This document shows positions 16,533 to 25,952 of a stretch of DNA of 36,255 bases, in pieces. Both the position numbers and the translations under genes were made by a program. Source of the stretch: an uncultured Acetatifactor sp. (lineage in GTDB: Bacteria; Bacillota; Clostridia; Lachnospirales; Lachnospiraceae); contig CAYOHU010000001.1 of assembly GCA_964403845.1 (NCBI GenBank), forward strand, positions 1 to 36,255, given 5' to 3'. How positions within the stretch are numbered: the stretch's first letter is position 1; each line of letters opens with the position of its first letter. The notes beneath the pieces were generated by a model, which ran no database searches, was not told where the DNA came from, and saw only the letters and a program-made list of their open reading frames with translations.

Positions 16533-18212
16533 ATGGAACGTTTTAAAAAGTGGTGGAGAGAAGACAAAAGATATTTGACTATGATAAAGGCGGGAGTGAT
16601 GGCGCTCCTGCCCGTATTGTGTTGTCTTGTTACCTGTGCAGTGCAGGGAAAGACAATCGGCGAAGTGTATCTGCCTTCCTCCGAATGGAATGACGAGCTG
16701 TTTTATTTTAAACAGGTAGAGGGAATTGTGAACTACGGCTTTCCTCAGGGATATTTCGGATTTAATGAAAGTCACGCGCTGAAGCTGTCCTTTGCGGCAT
16801 GGAGTCCGGTGCTGGTATGGCCGTGGATTTTGTGGGGGCTGATATTCGGATGGAATCTGATGTCTCCGATCATCTGTAATATTGTATTACTCACTCTTGC
16901 CATGTTTTTGTTTGTGTGGCTGGTGAAGCCCACATGGAAACAGCTGGGGATTTTGACCTTTTTGTTCAGCCTGTACACGCTGTTCCCCCGCTATCTGCTT
17001 TCCGGTATGCCGGAGATTATCTGCTTCAGCATGTTGATTGTGTTTTACGGGCTTGCAGTGAATTATTTGGAGAAGGAGAAGACCTACAAGCTGGTTCTTT
17101 TATTTGTGATGTCCGGCTTGCTGGTGCTGATGCGGCCTTATATGCTTCTGTTTCTGCTGCTTCCTGTCTGCCTGTGGGTGCGGAGAGGGAAATGGAAGGG
17201 GCTGATTGGCTCAGCTGCGGTGCTGGTTGTGGTACTGGGCTGTTATGCCTTAATCAAGCATCAGCTGGGCGCAGAGTATTTTGCACCGTTGTTTTTTACG
17301 GAGTGGATTACCACCTTTTTTGAGAAGGGACTGCTTGCGGGAATCCACAATTTCTTCGGAACGCTGTATTACATGGGCAGGAATTTTCTGGGACACACCG
17401 TGGAAGGCGTTCGGAGCGGTCTGGCCTCAGGAGCCTTCTTTGGAGGCTATCTGTTGATGCTGGCAGTTCTTCTGTGGCAGAGCTTCGCGGACAGCAGGAA
17501 ATTACGCAGGGAGACAAGACAGGAGCTTCTTAAGGTGCAGCAGGAAACCGGTGCGCAGCAGGATATCGCAGCAAAGCAGAAGATGGGTGTGCAGCCGGAG
17601 CAGAAGCATGCACCGGGTTTGCGGACACGTCTGGTCGTGGAAGCGCATCTTGCCTTTGCATTTGTGGGAATGCTGTTTGCACTTCTTCTGATGTATAAGC
17701 TGACAGAAGGAAGCAAGCATTTATTGACCTTTATGGCTGTGGGAATATTTATCGTCAGCCTGATGGATACCGTATATTTTAAGAAGGTGGTGCTGCTTGG
17801 CGCAGCGTTTGCCTTCCTGTATTCCTACCGCGCGGTGGACCCCTATGATTATCAGATTCCGTTTGCGGAGCAGGAACGAGCGGCTCAGATGGCATATTGG
17901 GAGGAGATTTTTGATTCCAACCTGAAATTGGTAAAAGAGGATGTGCCGAATTACGAGAATGTGGTAATCTGGACCTTCAGTGACACGGTTTCCGGGAAAA
18001 GCGTCAACGAAAAATGGCAGCTTTTGTATTGCCTGCCTGAGGGATTCGGTATCAGCTGCTGCATGCCGGATTACGTGACGGAGCATTTGGATGAGCTACA
18101 GAGCAGATATCTGACTACCGTCGCAGGCGGCACGATTGACAAACTCTGTAAGGAGAGCGGCTATCGTGAAATTGCCCGTGACGCAGATATGGTACTCTAT
18201 GAAAGATATTGA
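16533..18212 (+). CDS. Polytopic membrane protein, probable GT-C-fold glycosyltransferase
   Basis: WNDELFY after TM1, MPE, MRPY, about 12 TMs and a soluble C-terminal domain. Directly follows the ArnC-like GT2. Confidence 0.65.
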   Translation: MERFKKWWREDKRYLTMIKAGVMALLPVLCCLVTCAVQGKTIGEVYLPSSEWNDELFYFKQVEGIVNYGFPQGYFGFNESHALKLSFAAWSPVLVWPWILWGLIFGWNLMSPIICNIVLLTLAMFLFVWLVKPTWKQLGILTFLFSLYTLFPRYLLSGMPEIICFSMLIVFYGLAVNYLEKEKTYKLVLLFVMSGLLVLMRPYMLLFLLLPVCLWVRRGKWKGLIGSAAVLVVVLGCYALIKHQLGAEYFAPLFFTEWITTFFEKGLLAGIHNFFGTLYYMGRNFLGHTVEGVRSGLASGAFFGGYLLMLAVLLWQSFADSRKLRRETRQELLKVQQETGAQQDIAAKQKMGVQPEQKHAPGLRTRLVVEAHLAFAFVGMLFALLLMYKLTEGSKHLLTFMAVGIFIVSLMDTVYFKKVVLLGAAFAFLYSYRAVDPYDYQIPFAEQERAAQMAYWEEIFDSNLKLVKEDVPNYENVVIWTFSDTVSGKSVNEKWQLLYCLPEGFGISCCMPDYVTEHLDELQSRYLTTVAGGTIDKLCKESGYREIARDADMVLYERY

Positions 18213-18226
18213 ATAAGATTGCAACC

Positions 18227-19633
18227 TCATCGGATAATGGTTGCAATCCGGCTTCCCATGGTAAACCGTGTATCCTCATTGGGATGACAGTAGTCGCACA
18301 GATACCGAAGGAAATTGTCCGCATTGATACCTAAGTCGTTATAGTTGTCCAGTACATCAATATGATATTCCTCTCCCAACGAAATGACAGCGTTTACATA
18401 GTCGGTAAGAACACCGCCCGTATCGCTGTTTTTGTCTGTTCCGTTGTTGAAGAAGGCCGTAAAGTTCGGTGCTGCCAGAATAATCTGGGCATCGGGATAT
18501 CTGCCCTGCAATGTAGTGATTGCAGTGCGAAGTGCACCGCTGTAGCTCATGGGGTCATACGGGTCGTCGGTGGAGACGGGAGCTCCGTTAAAATAGTCAT
18601 TCAGCCCGTAATTGATGATAAAGCACAGCTTTTTGGCATCGGTGGTATCCTGAAGAAATTCTGTCACACCTCTGAGAACCTGTGTGTCTTCGGGCAGAGG
18701 AGTCGGGTCACCCTGACAAAAGGCATCTACGATACCGGGAAGATTGATAGGAGCCTTGGGATGATACGAGGCACTGTTCCCTCCGAGTCCGCAGTTGTAG
18801 ACTGTTGCGTTGGTGAGTGCTTTTACAACACCGGGAATACCGGTGCAGTCCGTGTAATTTCCTATGACACTGTCTCCGAAGAATACCACCTTGTAACCGG
18901 ACAGATCCGGATAAGTGACGGGAACAGTGCGGGAGGCTTCCAGCAATTGTGTGAATTCGGAGAATACGGTATCCACGTTCTCGGCAGTGACCAGAAAACG
19001 ATGCTCTTTATCACAATTCAGCATGATCGTCAGAGAAGTCTCAGGGGTGGTGAGAAAGCGGTCAGCGTAATTTGACGGATTGCAGATCAGCCACTCCCTG
19101 GAAAAAAGATATACACAGGCATTTCCCTCACATAATAAGGTGTCGGTCATTTCCCGATAGCTTTGTAAGGTAGCGTTCATGGCTTTCTCAGATAGAGATT
19201 GCCAATACTCTATGTAGGGATGTGCGAGAATCACATGGAAGGTAGTAGCCGGATATTTTCTGATAAGAGCGGCCAGCTGATCGGCAGGCAGCTTTCCCGG
19301 AAGTACCCCAAGATAAATATGGGAAACCTCGTTGCCGGAGTCCGCAATCAGCTTGAGATCACTTTTCAGCGAGCGGATGTTACGAAAGCAATGAGAGGCC
19401 TTGACAATATATTGCAGACGATAGTAGGAGTAGTCCTCCTCCTGAAAATTGTCAATCGGGAACATGGAGAGAAAGACCGTGTTATATTCCTCGGTGGAGA
19501 GACGTTTCCTATCCTGCTTGCGTTCCTCGGGCACTGATAAGAAAACGAATAAGAGGCTTGCCACGGCAAGGAAAAGAACCGACAGGACTGCCGCAATCCA
19601 ATATTTTTTCCGTTTTTTCAGACATTGTAGCAT
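18227..19633 (-). CDS. Membrane-anchored SGNH/GDSL esterase or O-acyltransferase with an extra N-terminal domain
   Basis: RBS AAAGGAG before ATG 19633. N-terminal TM; blocks FGDSV, GLGG, GLNDY, DYCHPN all intact. Confidence 0.82.
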   Translation of the reverse strand: MLQCLKKRKKYWIAAVLSVLFLAVASLLFVFLSVPEERKQDRKRLSTEEYNTVFLSMFPIDNFQEEDYSYYRLQYIVKASHCFRNIRSLKSDLKLIADSGNEVSHIYLGVLPGKLPADQLAALIRKYPATTFHVILAHPYIEYWQSLSEKAMNATLQSYREMTDTLLCEGNACVYLFSREWLICNPSNYADRFLTTPETSLTIMLNCDKEHRFLVTAENVDTVFSEFTQLLEASRTVPVTYPDLSGYKVVFFGDSVIGNYTDCTGIPGVVKALTNATVYNCGLGGNSASYHPKAPINLPGIVDAFCQGDPTPLPEDTQVLRGVTEFLQDTTDAKKLCFIINYGLNDYFNGAPVSTDDPYDPMSYSGALRTAITTLQGRYPDAQIILAAPNFTAFFNNGTDKNSDTGGVLTDYVNAVISLGEEYHIDVLDNYNDLGINADNFLRYLCDYCHPNEDTRFTMGSRIATIIR

Positions 19634-19717
19634 ATGTTGTACCACTCCTTTACTATGGCTCAGATAGATAATTGCGAAGCTTAAAATGTGTGGCAATTAC
19701 CGATGTGTTCCAGACTC

Positions 19718-19746
19718 AGTATAACACAGGGAAATAGGGATGCAAA
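19718..19746 (-). promoter_or_regulatory. SigA promoter for the SGNH gene
   Basis: TTTGCA - 17 bp - TATACT with extended TG. Confidence 0.5.
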
Positions 19747-19754
19747 GACAATAT

Positions 19755-19783
19755 TTGCAATAATGCACCCGGAATGGTATAAT
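19755..19783 (+). promoter_or_regulatory. SigA promoter for the 19.8-31.4 kb gene run
   Basis: TTGCAA - 17 bp - TATAAT with extended TG. Confidence 0.7.
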
Positions 19784-19835
19784 GGTTGATGTATGTCCAA
19801 CATTGGGAAGTGAGCTTCCGAAACGGAGAATGAGA

Positions 19836-21545
19836 ATGAAGAAATGGCAGGAAGAGTTCCGGTTTTTCAGCCGGAACAGAATATATATTTTGATGCTGTG
19901 TTTCACCGCCGTATGCGCTTACGGCTTTAAGGTGACACATATTACAATCGGTATTGATGATACTCCTTATCGTTATTACTTTGAGGAGGGTCTGGCGGCT
20001 ATTGTGGGTCGTTGGGTAATGTTTCTCTTAAATAAAGTTGTGCATATTTCTGAATTTGCCCCTTTCCTGACGGATTTTGCAGGGGTGATACTTCTGATGA
20101 TAGCTGTGACGGTGTGGGCTGCCTTGTTTCGCTCGATTCTGGGGAAAAAGGTACCTGACTACGGTTATTATTTCTTTTCGTGTGTCTTTCTCTCCTGCCC
20201 GCTAATCAGCGAGGTATTCACTTATTTTCTTCACAACGGTATCGCTACGGGATATCTGTGCTGCGGAATCAGCCTGTGCTGCTTGCGGGAGGGATTCTTG
20301 CGCCGGGATGAGCGGAAAACAGAGAATGCAAAAAAGCTGCCCGGCTATTGCCTGCCGTTTGTGGGAGCTGCTGCTTTCCTGTGGATAGCCTTAGGCTGCT
20401 ACGAATCCTTCATGGTCGTATGGCTTGTGGGAAGCTGCCTGCTGCTTTTGACGGAGCGCTTTGCGGGAGTGCGCAGGAAAATGTTTAGAACACTCTGTAC
20501 AGTGGCCTTGGTAGCGGCAGTAGCGTTGGTTCTTCGCAGTATGATGATCACGCTGGTGACCGGAATCTTTCATTTGGAATCACTGAAGGATGAGGCAGTC
20601 CAACGGTCTGTTACCGAGATGCTGGGGTGGATGTTCGAGGAGAACGCCTTTGCTGAATTTGGAATGGCGTTGAAAAGAGTGTTTGTCATGTATGGTGTGT
20701 TTGCATACGCCTATTATCCCATTCGCATCTTTATGCTGGCATCGGTGGTGCTCGGTGCGTTCGCAATCCTGAGAAGCATAAGACAAAGGGATGGGTGGAT
20801 TTTTCTCCTGACCTGTGGTACCTATGTGGCAGCTTTTCTGCTGGTTTTGGTGGAGGGTTCGGTTACGCTGTACCGTTCAGCACAATTCCTGCCTGTTATC
20901 TGCGGCTTTGGCGCACTGATTGCGGTGTATGCCGTCAGCGGAATCGGAAGGTCGTGTGAAAATCTGAAAGGTGACGGAAGGGCGTGGCTTGGAGGTATTG
21001 CAAAGGTTTGCCGTTGGATTATGTGTCCGGTGCTTGTGGTTATTTTGTGGAATCAATGCGCAGATATGAACAGATGGTTTTATGTGGATTACAAAAAGTA
21101 TGAAAGTGCGAAAGAGGTTATTGCGAAAATCGCATATGATCTGGAACGGGAATATGATCTTTCAAAGCCGGTGGTATTTACCTTGAATTATGAGGTTCCG
21201 AAGGGGATTATTGAGGATGCCTATGTACCCATCGGCTCGGAGACGTTTTATAAGATGAAGCGGATCACGGATCTGGTGGACGAACACCTCCTGGAAAAAT
21301 TTTATCGTACCTACGGGGTGTGGGTTGCACAGACACCGGCATTGTCCGTGATTGACTGGGGGCGAGATGCATTTGGTGATGATTCGGAGCTGGTACGATT
21401 TTTCCATATGCACGGACATGAATTACAGCCGCTTTTGGATGTGGAGCTATATGACATTGCGGTGCAGTATTCCCTGAGTCTTCCGCATTTTCCGAAGGAG
21501 GGGTATATTGCCGACATGGGAGAGTACATTATTGTACATTTGTAA
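19836..21545 (+). CDS. GtrII-like (glucosyltransferase domain, GT-C) membrane protein
   Basis: IGIDD...VGRW in the first loop, LGCYES, LYRS, many TMs, extracellular C-terminal domain. Confidence 0.72.
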   Translation: MKKWQEEFRFFSRNRIYILMLCFTAVCAYGFKVTHITIGIDDTPYRYYFEEGLAAIVGRWVMFLLNKVVHISEFAPFLTDFAGVILLMIAVTVWAALFRSILGKKVPDYGYYFFSCVFLSCPLISEVFTYFLHNGIATGYLCCGISLCCLREGFLRRDERKTENAKKLPGYCLPFVGAAAFLWIALGCYESFMVVWLVGSCLLLLTERFAGVRRKMFRTLCTVALVAAVALVLRSMMITLVTGIFHLESLKDEAVQRSVTEMLGWMFEENAFAEFGMALKRVFVMYGVFAYAYYPIRIFMLASVVLGAFAILRSIRQRDGWIFLLTCGTYVAAFLLVLVEGSVTLYRSAQFLPVICGFGALIAVYAVSGIGRSCENLKGDGRAWLGGIAKVCRWIMCPVLVVILWNQCADMNRWFYVDYKKYESAKEVIAKIAYDLEREYDLSKPVVFTLNYEVPKGIIEDAYVPIGSETFYKMKRITDLVDEHLLEKFYRTYGVWVAQTPALSVIDWGRDAFGDDSELVRFFHMHGHELQPLLDVELYDIAVQYSLSLPHFPKEGYIADMGEYIIVHL

Positions 21546-21568
21546 TCAGAAATTATTCAAGCGGGAGT

Positions 21569-23434
21569 GTGTTGGAAACAGTGAAGAACAGAAGCTACTT
21601 TCAGTGTAAAAAAGATAATATGCGTAAGGCTGGCGTAAGCCTGTCGGCAATATATGCGGGATGCAGCTTAAGCTATCTGCTGAATTTAATGACTGACGGT
21701 AAGGGATTCACCCAGAGTCTGCTCAGTGCATTCCTTTTTGCTGTGGTGTTCGGCAGTCTGTTTTGGTTTGGGCAGGAGCTGGAGAAAATAGAGGATGCTA
21801 CGCTCCGAAAGAGGAGGCTTGGGTATGTTTGGCTCACCGCGTGTCTCTTGGGGCTTGCCCTTGTGCTGGGATATCAGATGCGTATGCAGGGAATGACCTC
21901 CGTAGGAGTGAAGGGAAAATTGTGGATTCTGCTGGTATCCGTAGGAATCGGTATCGGTCTTTCTCCTTTTGTAAATCTATGGTTTGCCCTGTTAGATAAG
22001 GCGGTCGGCAGAAAAACAGAGGGGGCATTTGGAAGGTCGGGCAGATGCTTTCTGACAAGCTGGGGTGTCATAATGCTTTGCTGGATTCCGGCTTTTCTGG
22101 CATATTTCCCGGCGATTATGTCCTATGATTTTAACAGGCAATCCATAGAAGCAGTACTGGGATATCTTTGGTTTAATACCCATCATCCCCTGATTCACAC
22201 CTTCCTGATCAGGTGCGCCCTGAAGCTGGGGGAGGCAGTGGGCTCCTATCAGGCCGGAATGGCTGTTTTCAGTGGGGTGCAGATGTTGATTCTGTCCGCG
22301 GTTATGGCATATTCCTGTGTTATGACAGGCAGGCTCATGCGTAAAAAGTGGCCGGTGGTGGTAACAACCTTGCTTTTCGGGCTTCTGCCGATTCATCCTG
22401 TGATGGGAATGGCTATGACAAAGGATATATTGTTTGCGGCATTTTTTTTGCTGCTGCTGTTGCTGATTCTGGAGAGAAAGCTTTATCGTGATACCCATGC
22501 CGCCAAAGGGGCTAAAATGCTGGGACTGGATGCAGCGATTGTGGCGGTCGGCATTGCGATGATTCTGTTCCGAAACAATGCGGTATACGCGTTTGCGGTA
22601 TTTGCGGTATTTTATGTCTGGTGGTCCCGGAGGGAACGCTTGCAGATTCTGCTGCTGTGTGTTCTGATTCTGGTAGGTGGGCAGAGCGCCAAAGCGGCAA
22701 TGCAGAAGGCGATGAATGCCGGCTCGGGAAGCGAGATGGAGAAGTATAGTGTGTTTATCCAACAGATGTGTCGTGTGGCAGTGAACCAGGGTGGGAATCT
22801 GAGCGATGAGGACTGGTGGACAATCAATACCTATGTGCCGTGTGATTATTGGGAGGATTATAATCCCACCATAGCAGATAGTATTAAGGGGAATGTGACG
22901 AATACCGCTTTCCAGAACTGGAAAGATGATATTCCGGGAATGCTGGGAGATTGGTTTAGACTCGGTCTGAAATATCCCAATGACTATTTGGATGCGTTTT
23001 TGGCACTGACGTCGGGCTACTGGTTTCCGGATGATGTGTCTCATGCGGAAGTGTTAGGATATGGAGAGGATACGGAAAAGGGGCTGATATATACCTTCAA
23101 CGCATCCGCCAGCGAGGTGTTTGACGGAATTGAAAATCATTCTTATCTGCCGGGGGTTTTGGAGAACTATCGCAGAATCATCAACGGGAACAGCTACTAT
23201 GACTGGCCGGTGCTGTCGAATCTGTTTAAACCGGCGTTTTACTGCTGGCTGTTGTTTCTGTTGATGCTTTCGGCAGGCTATTTAAAGAAAAGGCAGAAGG
23301 CTGTGCTGTGTATGCTGCCCTTCTGGAATTTGATGACACTCTTTTTAGGACCGGTGGTAAACTTCAGATATGCTTATCCTATTATAATAGTCATACCATT
23401 CCTGCTGGCGTGGATGTTTAGCCCGGCAGAATAG
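21569..23434 (+). CDS. DUF6020-like membrane protein (probable GT-C glycosyltransferase)
   Basis: YFPAIMSYD...Q, NTHHPLIHT, TKD, FRNN, KYPNDYLDAF, LGPVVNFRY. Start codon uncertain. Confidence 0.7.
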   Translation: MLETVKNRSYFQCKKDNMRKAGVSLSAIYAGCSLSYLLNLMTDGKGFTQSLLSAFLFAVVFGSLFWFGQELEKIEDATLRKRRLGYVWLTACLLGLALVLGYQMRMQGMTSVGVKGKLWILLVSVGIGIGLSPFVNLWFALLDKAVGRKTEGAFGRSGRCFLTSWGVIMLCWIPAFLAYFPAIMSYDFNRQSIEAVLGYLWFNTHHPLIHTFLIRCALKLGEAVGSYQAGMAVFSGVQMLILSAVMAYSCVMTGRLMRKKWPVVVTTLLFGLLPIHPVMGMAMTKDILFAAFFLLLLLLILERKLYRDTHAAKGAKMLGLDAAIVAVGIAMILFRNNAVYAFAVFAVFYVWWSRRERLQILLLCVLILVGGQSAKAAMQKAMNAGSGSEMEKYSVFIQQMCRVAVNQGGNLSDEDWWTINTYVPCDYWEDYNPTIADSIKGNVTNTAFQNWKDDIPGMLGDWFRLGLKYPNDYLDAFLALTSGYWFPDDVSHAEVLGYGEDTEKGLIYTFNASASEVFDGIENHSYLPGVLENYRRIINGNSYYDWPVLSNLFKPAFYCWLLFLLMLSAGYLKKRQKAVLCMLPFWNLMTLFLGPVVNFRYAYPIIIVIPFLLAWMFSPAE

Positions 23435-23502
23435 AATGCAGGAATGGGTAATTATTATAGTATAGTATGCTGCAATAACGGAATGGGGAACAGGGTAAGA
23501 CA

Positions 23503-24369
23503 TTGGGTAAAAATATCAGGCAACGGATAACAAAGCGTATAATTTTAAATTGGGGCATCGCTATTTTCCTTTTCGGCGTTCTGCCGGGGATATGCTTCTG
23601 CGGAGTATGGAAGGAAAAGGCGGATTCCTCCGTAGCTGTCGTTATGATGGGTGACAGTATTGTGGGAGAATGCCGGGATAATACCTCCATACCGGCTGTT
23701 CTGGCAGAAATGCTTGATCAGAAGGTGATTAATGGCGGACTGGGCGGAACCAGCATGGGACGCTTGGACACTGAAGGGCGTCCGGCCTATACCAAGGACT
23801 GCCTGTCCATGCATGCACTGGCACAGTCAATTGCAACCTCTGATTTTGGCGTGCAACAGACGGTATTCAGCCGTGAAAGTGCCACGCTGTATTTTGAGGC
23901 CACAATCAATACACTGGAGCAGATTGATTTTGAAGCTGTGGATATTCTGTTCATAGGTCAGGGAATCAATGATTACCACGCAGGAATTCCGATTTCTGAT
24001 GAAGAGGACTTGTATGATGAATATACCTTTACGGGAGCTCTACGCAGCACTGTGGAAATCCTGCGTAGGTCGTATCCGAAGCTGCGGATCATTCTTCTGA
24101 CACCCACCTACAGCTGGTATCCTTTTTATGAGAAGCCGGAGCAGACCTGTGAAAATAACGATTTCGGCGGCGGAGTTCTGGAGGACTATGTGAATGCTGA
24201 GATCGGACTGGCAAAGGAGCTTGGAGTGGAAGTGATTGATCTTTATCATGATTTTTATCCCCACGAGGTATGGAACGAGTGGGAGCTGTATACCAGAGAC
24301 GGCTTGCATCCTAACGAGGCAGGCAGACAGCTGATTGCGGAGGCAATCTATAATTATGTAATGAGGTGA
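23503..24369 (+). CDS. Membrane-anchored SGNH/GDSL esterase or O-acyltransferase
   Basis: N-terminal hydrophobic segment; GDSI, GLGG, GINDY, DGLHPN intact. Confidence 0.85.
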   Translation: MGKNIRQRITKRIILNWGIAIFLFGVLPGICFCGVWKEKADSSVAVVMMGDSIVGECRDNTSIPAVLAEMLDQKVINGGLGGTSMGRLDTEGRPAYTKDCLSMHALAQSIATSDFGVQQTVFSRESATLYFEATINTLEQIDFEAVDILFIGQGINDYHAGIPISDEEDLYDEYTFTGALRSTVEILRRSYPKLRIILLTPTYSWYPFYEKPEQTCENNDFGGGVLEDYVNAEIGLAKELGVEVIDLYHDFYPHEVWNEWELYTRDGLHPNEAGRQLIAEAIYNYVMR

Positions 24370-25931
24370 GAGAGTTGAAGACGCCGAAAGAAGCTTTTGG
24401 AAAAATGAAGAGGATGATCAGGCAGGAATGGAAGCTTGCCTTTGGGGCAGCCTTTTTGATAGGGCTGCTTGTGCACTTGCCTGCCATGCTGTCTGATGTG
24501 CCGAACCATGACGGTCTGGCCAGTATGTATTTTGACCAGAACATGATAACCTCCGGAAGATGGTTTCTGACCGTTGCCTGTGGATTTTCCTCTTACTTTA
24601 CACTTCCCTGGGTGATTGGATTGATAGGACTATTCTTCCTGTCCTGTACCGCTGCGGCATTGTCGGAGCTTCTGGAATTAAAGAGAACCTGGGTGATCGT
24701 GGCAGTGAGCGGACTTTTGGTAACCTTCCCGGCGTTGGCATCAACCTTTGCGTATGTATTTACCATGGATGGTTATATGCTGTCCTTGCTGCTGGCGGTG
24801 CTGGCAGTACTCTTCACGAAAAAGTACAGACACGGTTTTCTGGCAGGGGCGGTGTGCCTTGCCTTTAGTATGGGTACTTATCAGGCGTATGTGGCCTTTG
24901 CGATTCTATTGTGTATCTATGAAATTGTGATTTGCATGATAGGGGATGACAGTCCAAAGGGAAAAATTAAAACTTTATTTAATTATTTAACCATGGGCGT
25001 TCTTGGATGCGGCTTCTATTTTGCTATATTACAGCTGTTATTAAAAGTACAGGGAAAACAGCTGGCTGATTATCAGGGAATCAGTGAGATGGGAAATGCC
25101 AATGCGGCTTCCGCGGGAGTGCTGTCTGCAATCAAGGAAATGTATTATGATTTTGCAGCATTTTCCCTGAAAGGAAATGTACTTTTCAACAATGCTTATG
25201 CAATGGCTGCATGGGTGATTTCGGTTATGGCTGCGGCGGGAGTCCTGATTACCCTATGTTTTCGCAGAAAATGGTGGAAGAAGCCGGGCTTTTTCGTTAT
25301 AATAGTTTTGTTGGCGGCAGGGCTTCCCCTTGCTACCAATGCCATTTTGTTGATTTCCCCCAATGTTACCTATCATTTGCTCATGCGGTATCAGTGGGTG
25401 GTATATCCTATTCTGTGCCTTGCATTTTGCGACCGTTATCTGGAGGAGAATAAAAGAGCAACTGTTATGGAATGGGGGCTGCTGTGCGCGGCAGCAATTT
25501 TGATATTCAACTACAGCGTCACGGACAATATTGGGTATTCCAATCTTCAGAAGCGGTATGAGAAGACCTATGCCTACTGTGTCCGTCTGCTTGACAGGAT
25601 TGAACAGACTGAGGGCTATTATCAGGGAATTCCCATTGCCATGATTGGGGTTGTGGGCGAGGATGAGTATCCTTCCACGGATATTACAAATAAAATAACG
25701 GGTGGAATGATTGGGCTGAACGGTGACTTCCTGCTGTATACAAGTCCCAATTACGAGGCCTTTATGAAGAATTATCTGGGAGCAACCTTGAATTTTATGA
25801 AGGTTGATGATGTGACGGAAATCTATTATTCTGATGAATACGTTGAGATGGACGGTTTTCCGGGACCGGAGTCCACTAAGGTGGTGGATGGCATCCTATA
25901 TGTTAAAACGGAGAATGCCGACAGAGGTTAG
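24366..25931 (+). CDS. GtrII-like (glucosyltransferase domain, GT-C) membrane protein
   Basis: PNHDG, SGRWF, GTYQAY, LMRY. GTGA overlap with the upstream stop. Confidence 0.78.
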   Translation: MRELKTPKEAFGKMKRMIRQEWKLAFGAAFLIGLLVHLPAMLSDVPNHDGLASMYFDQNMITSGRWFLTVACGFSSYFTLPWVIGLIGLFFLSCTAAALSELLELKRTWVIVAVSGLLVTFPALASTFAYVFTMDGYMLSLLLAVLAVLFTKKYRHGFLAGAVCLAFSMGTYQAYVAFAILLCIYEIVICMIGDDSPKGKIKTLFNYLTMGVLGCGFYFAILQLLLKVQGKQLADYQGISEMGNANAASAGVLSAIKEMYYDFAAFSLKGNVLFNNAYAMAAWVISVMAAAGVLITLCFRRKWWKKPGFFVIIVLLAAGLPLATNAILLISPNVTYHLLMRYQWVVYPILCLAFCDRYLEENKRATVMEWGLLCAAAILIFNYSVTDNIGYSNLQKRYEKTYAYCVRLLDRIEQTEGYYQGIPIAMIGVVGEDEYPSTDITNKITGGMIGLNGDFLLYTSPNYEAFMKNYLGATLNFMKVDDVTEIYYSDEYVEMDGFPGPESTKVVDGILYVKTENADRG

Positions 25932-25952
25932 GCGAAGGACGGAGGAAGATAA

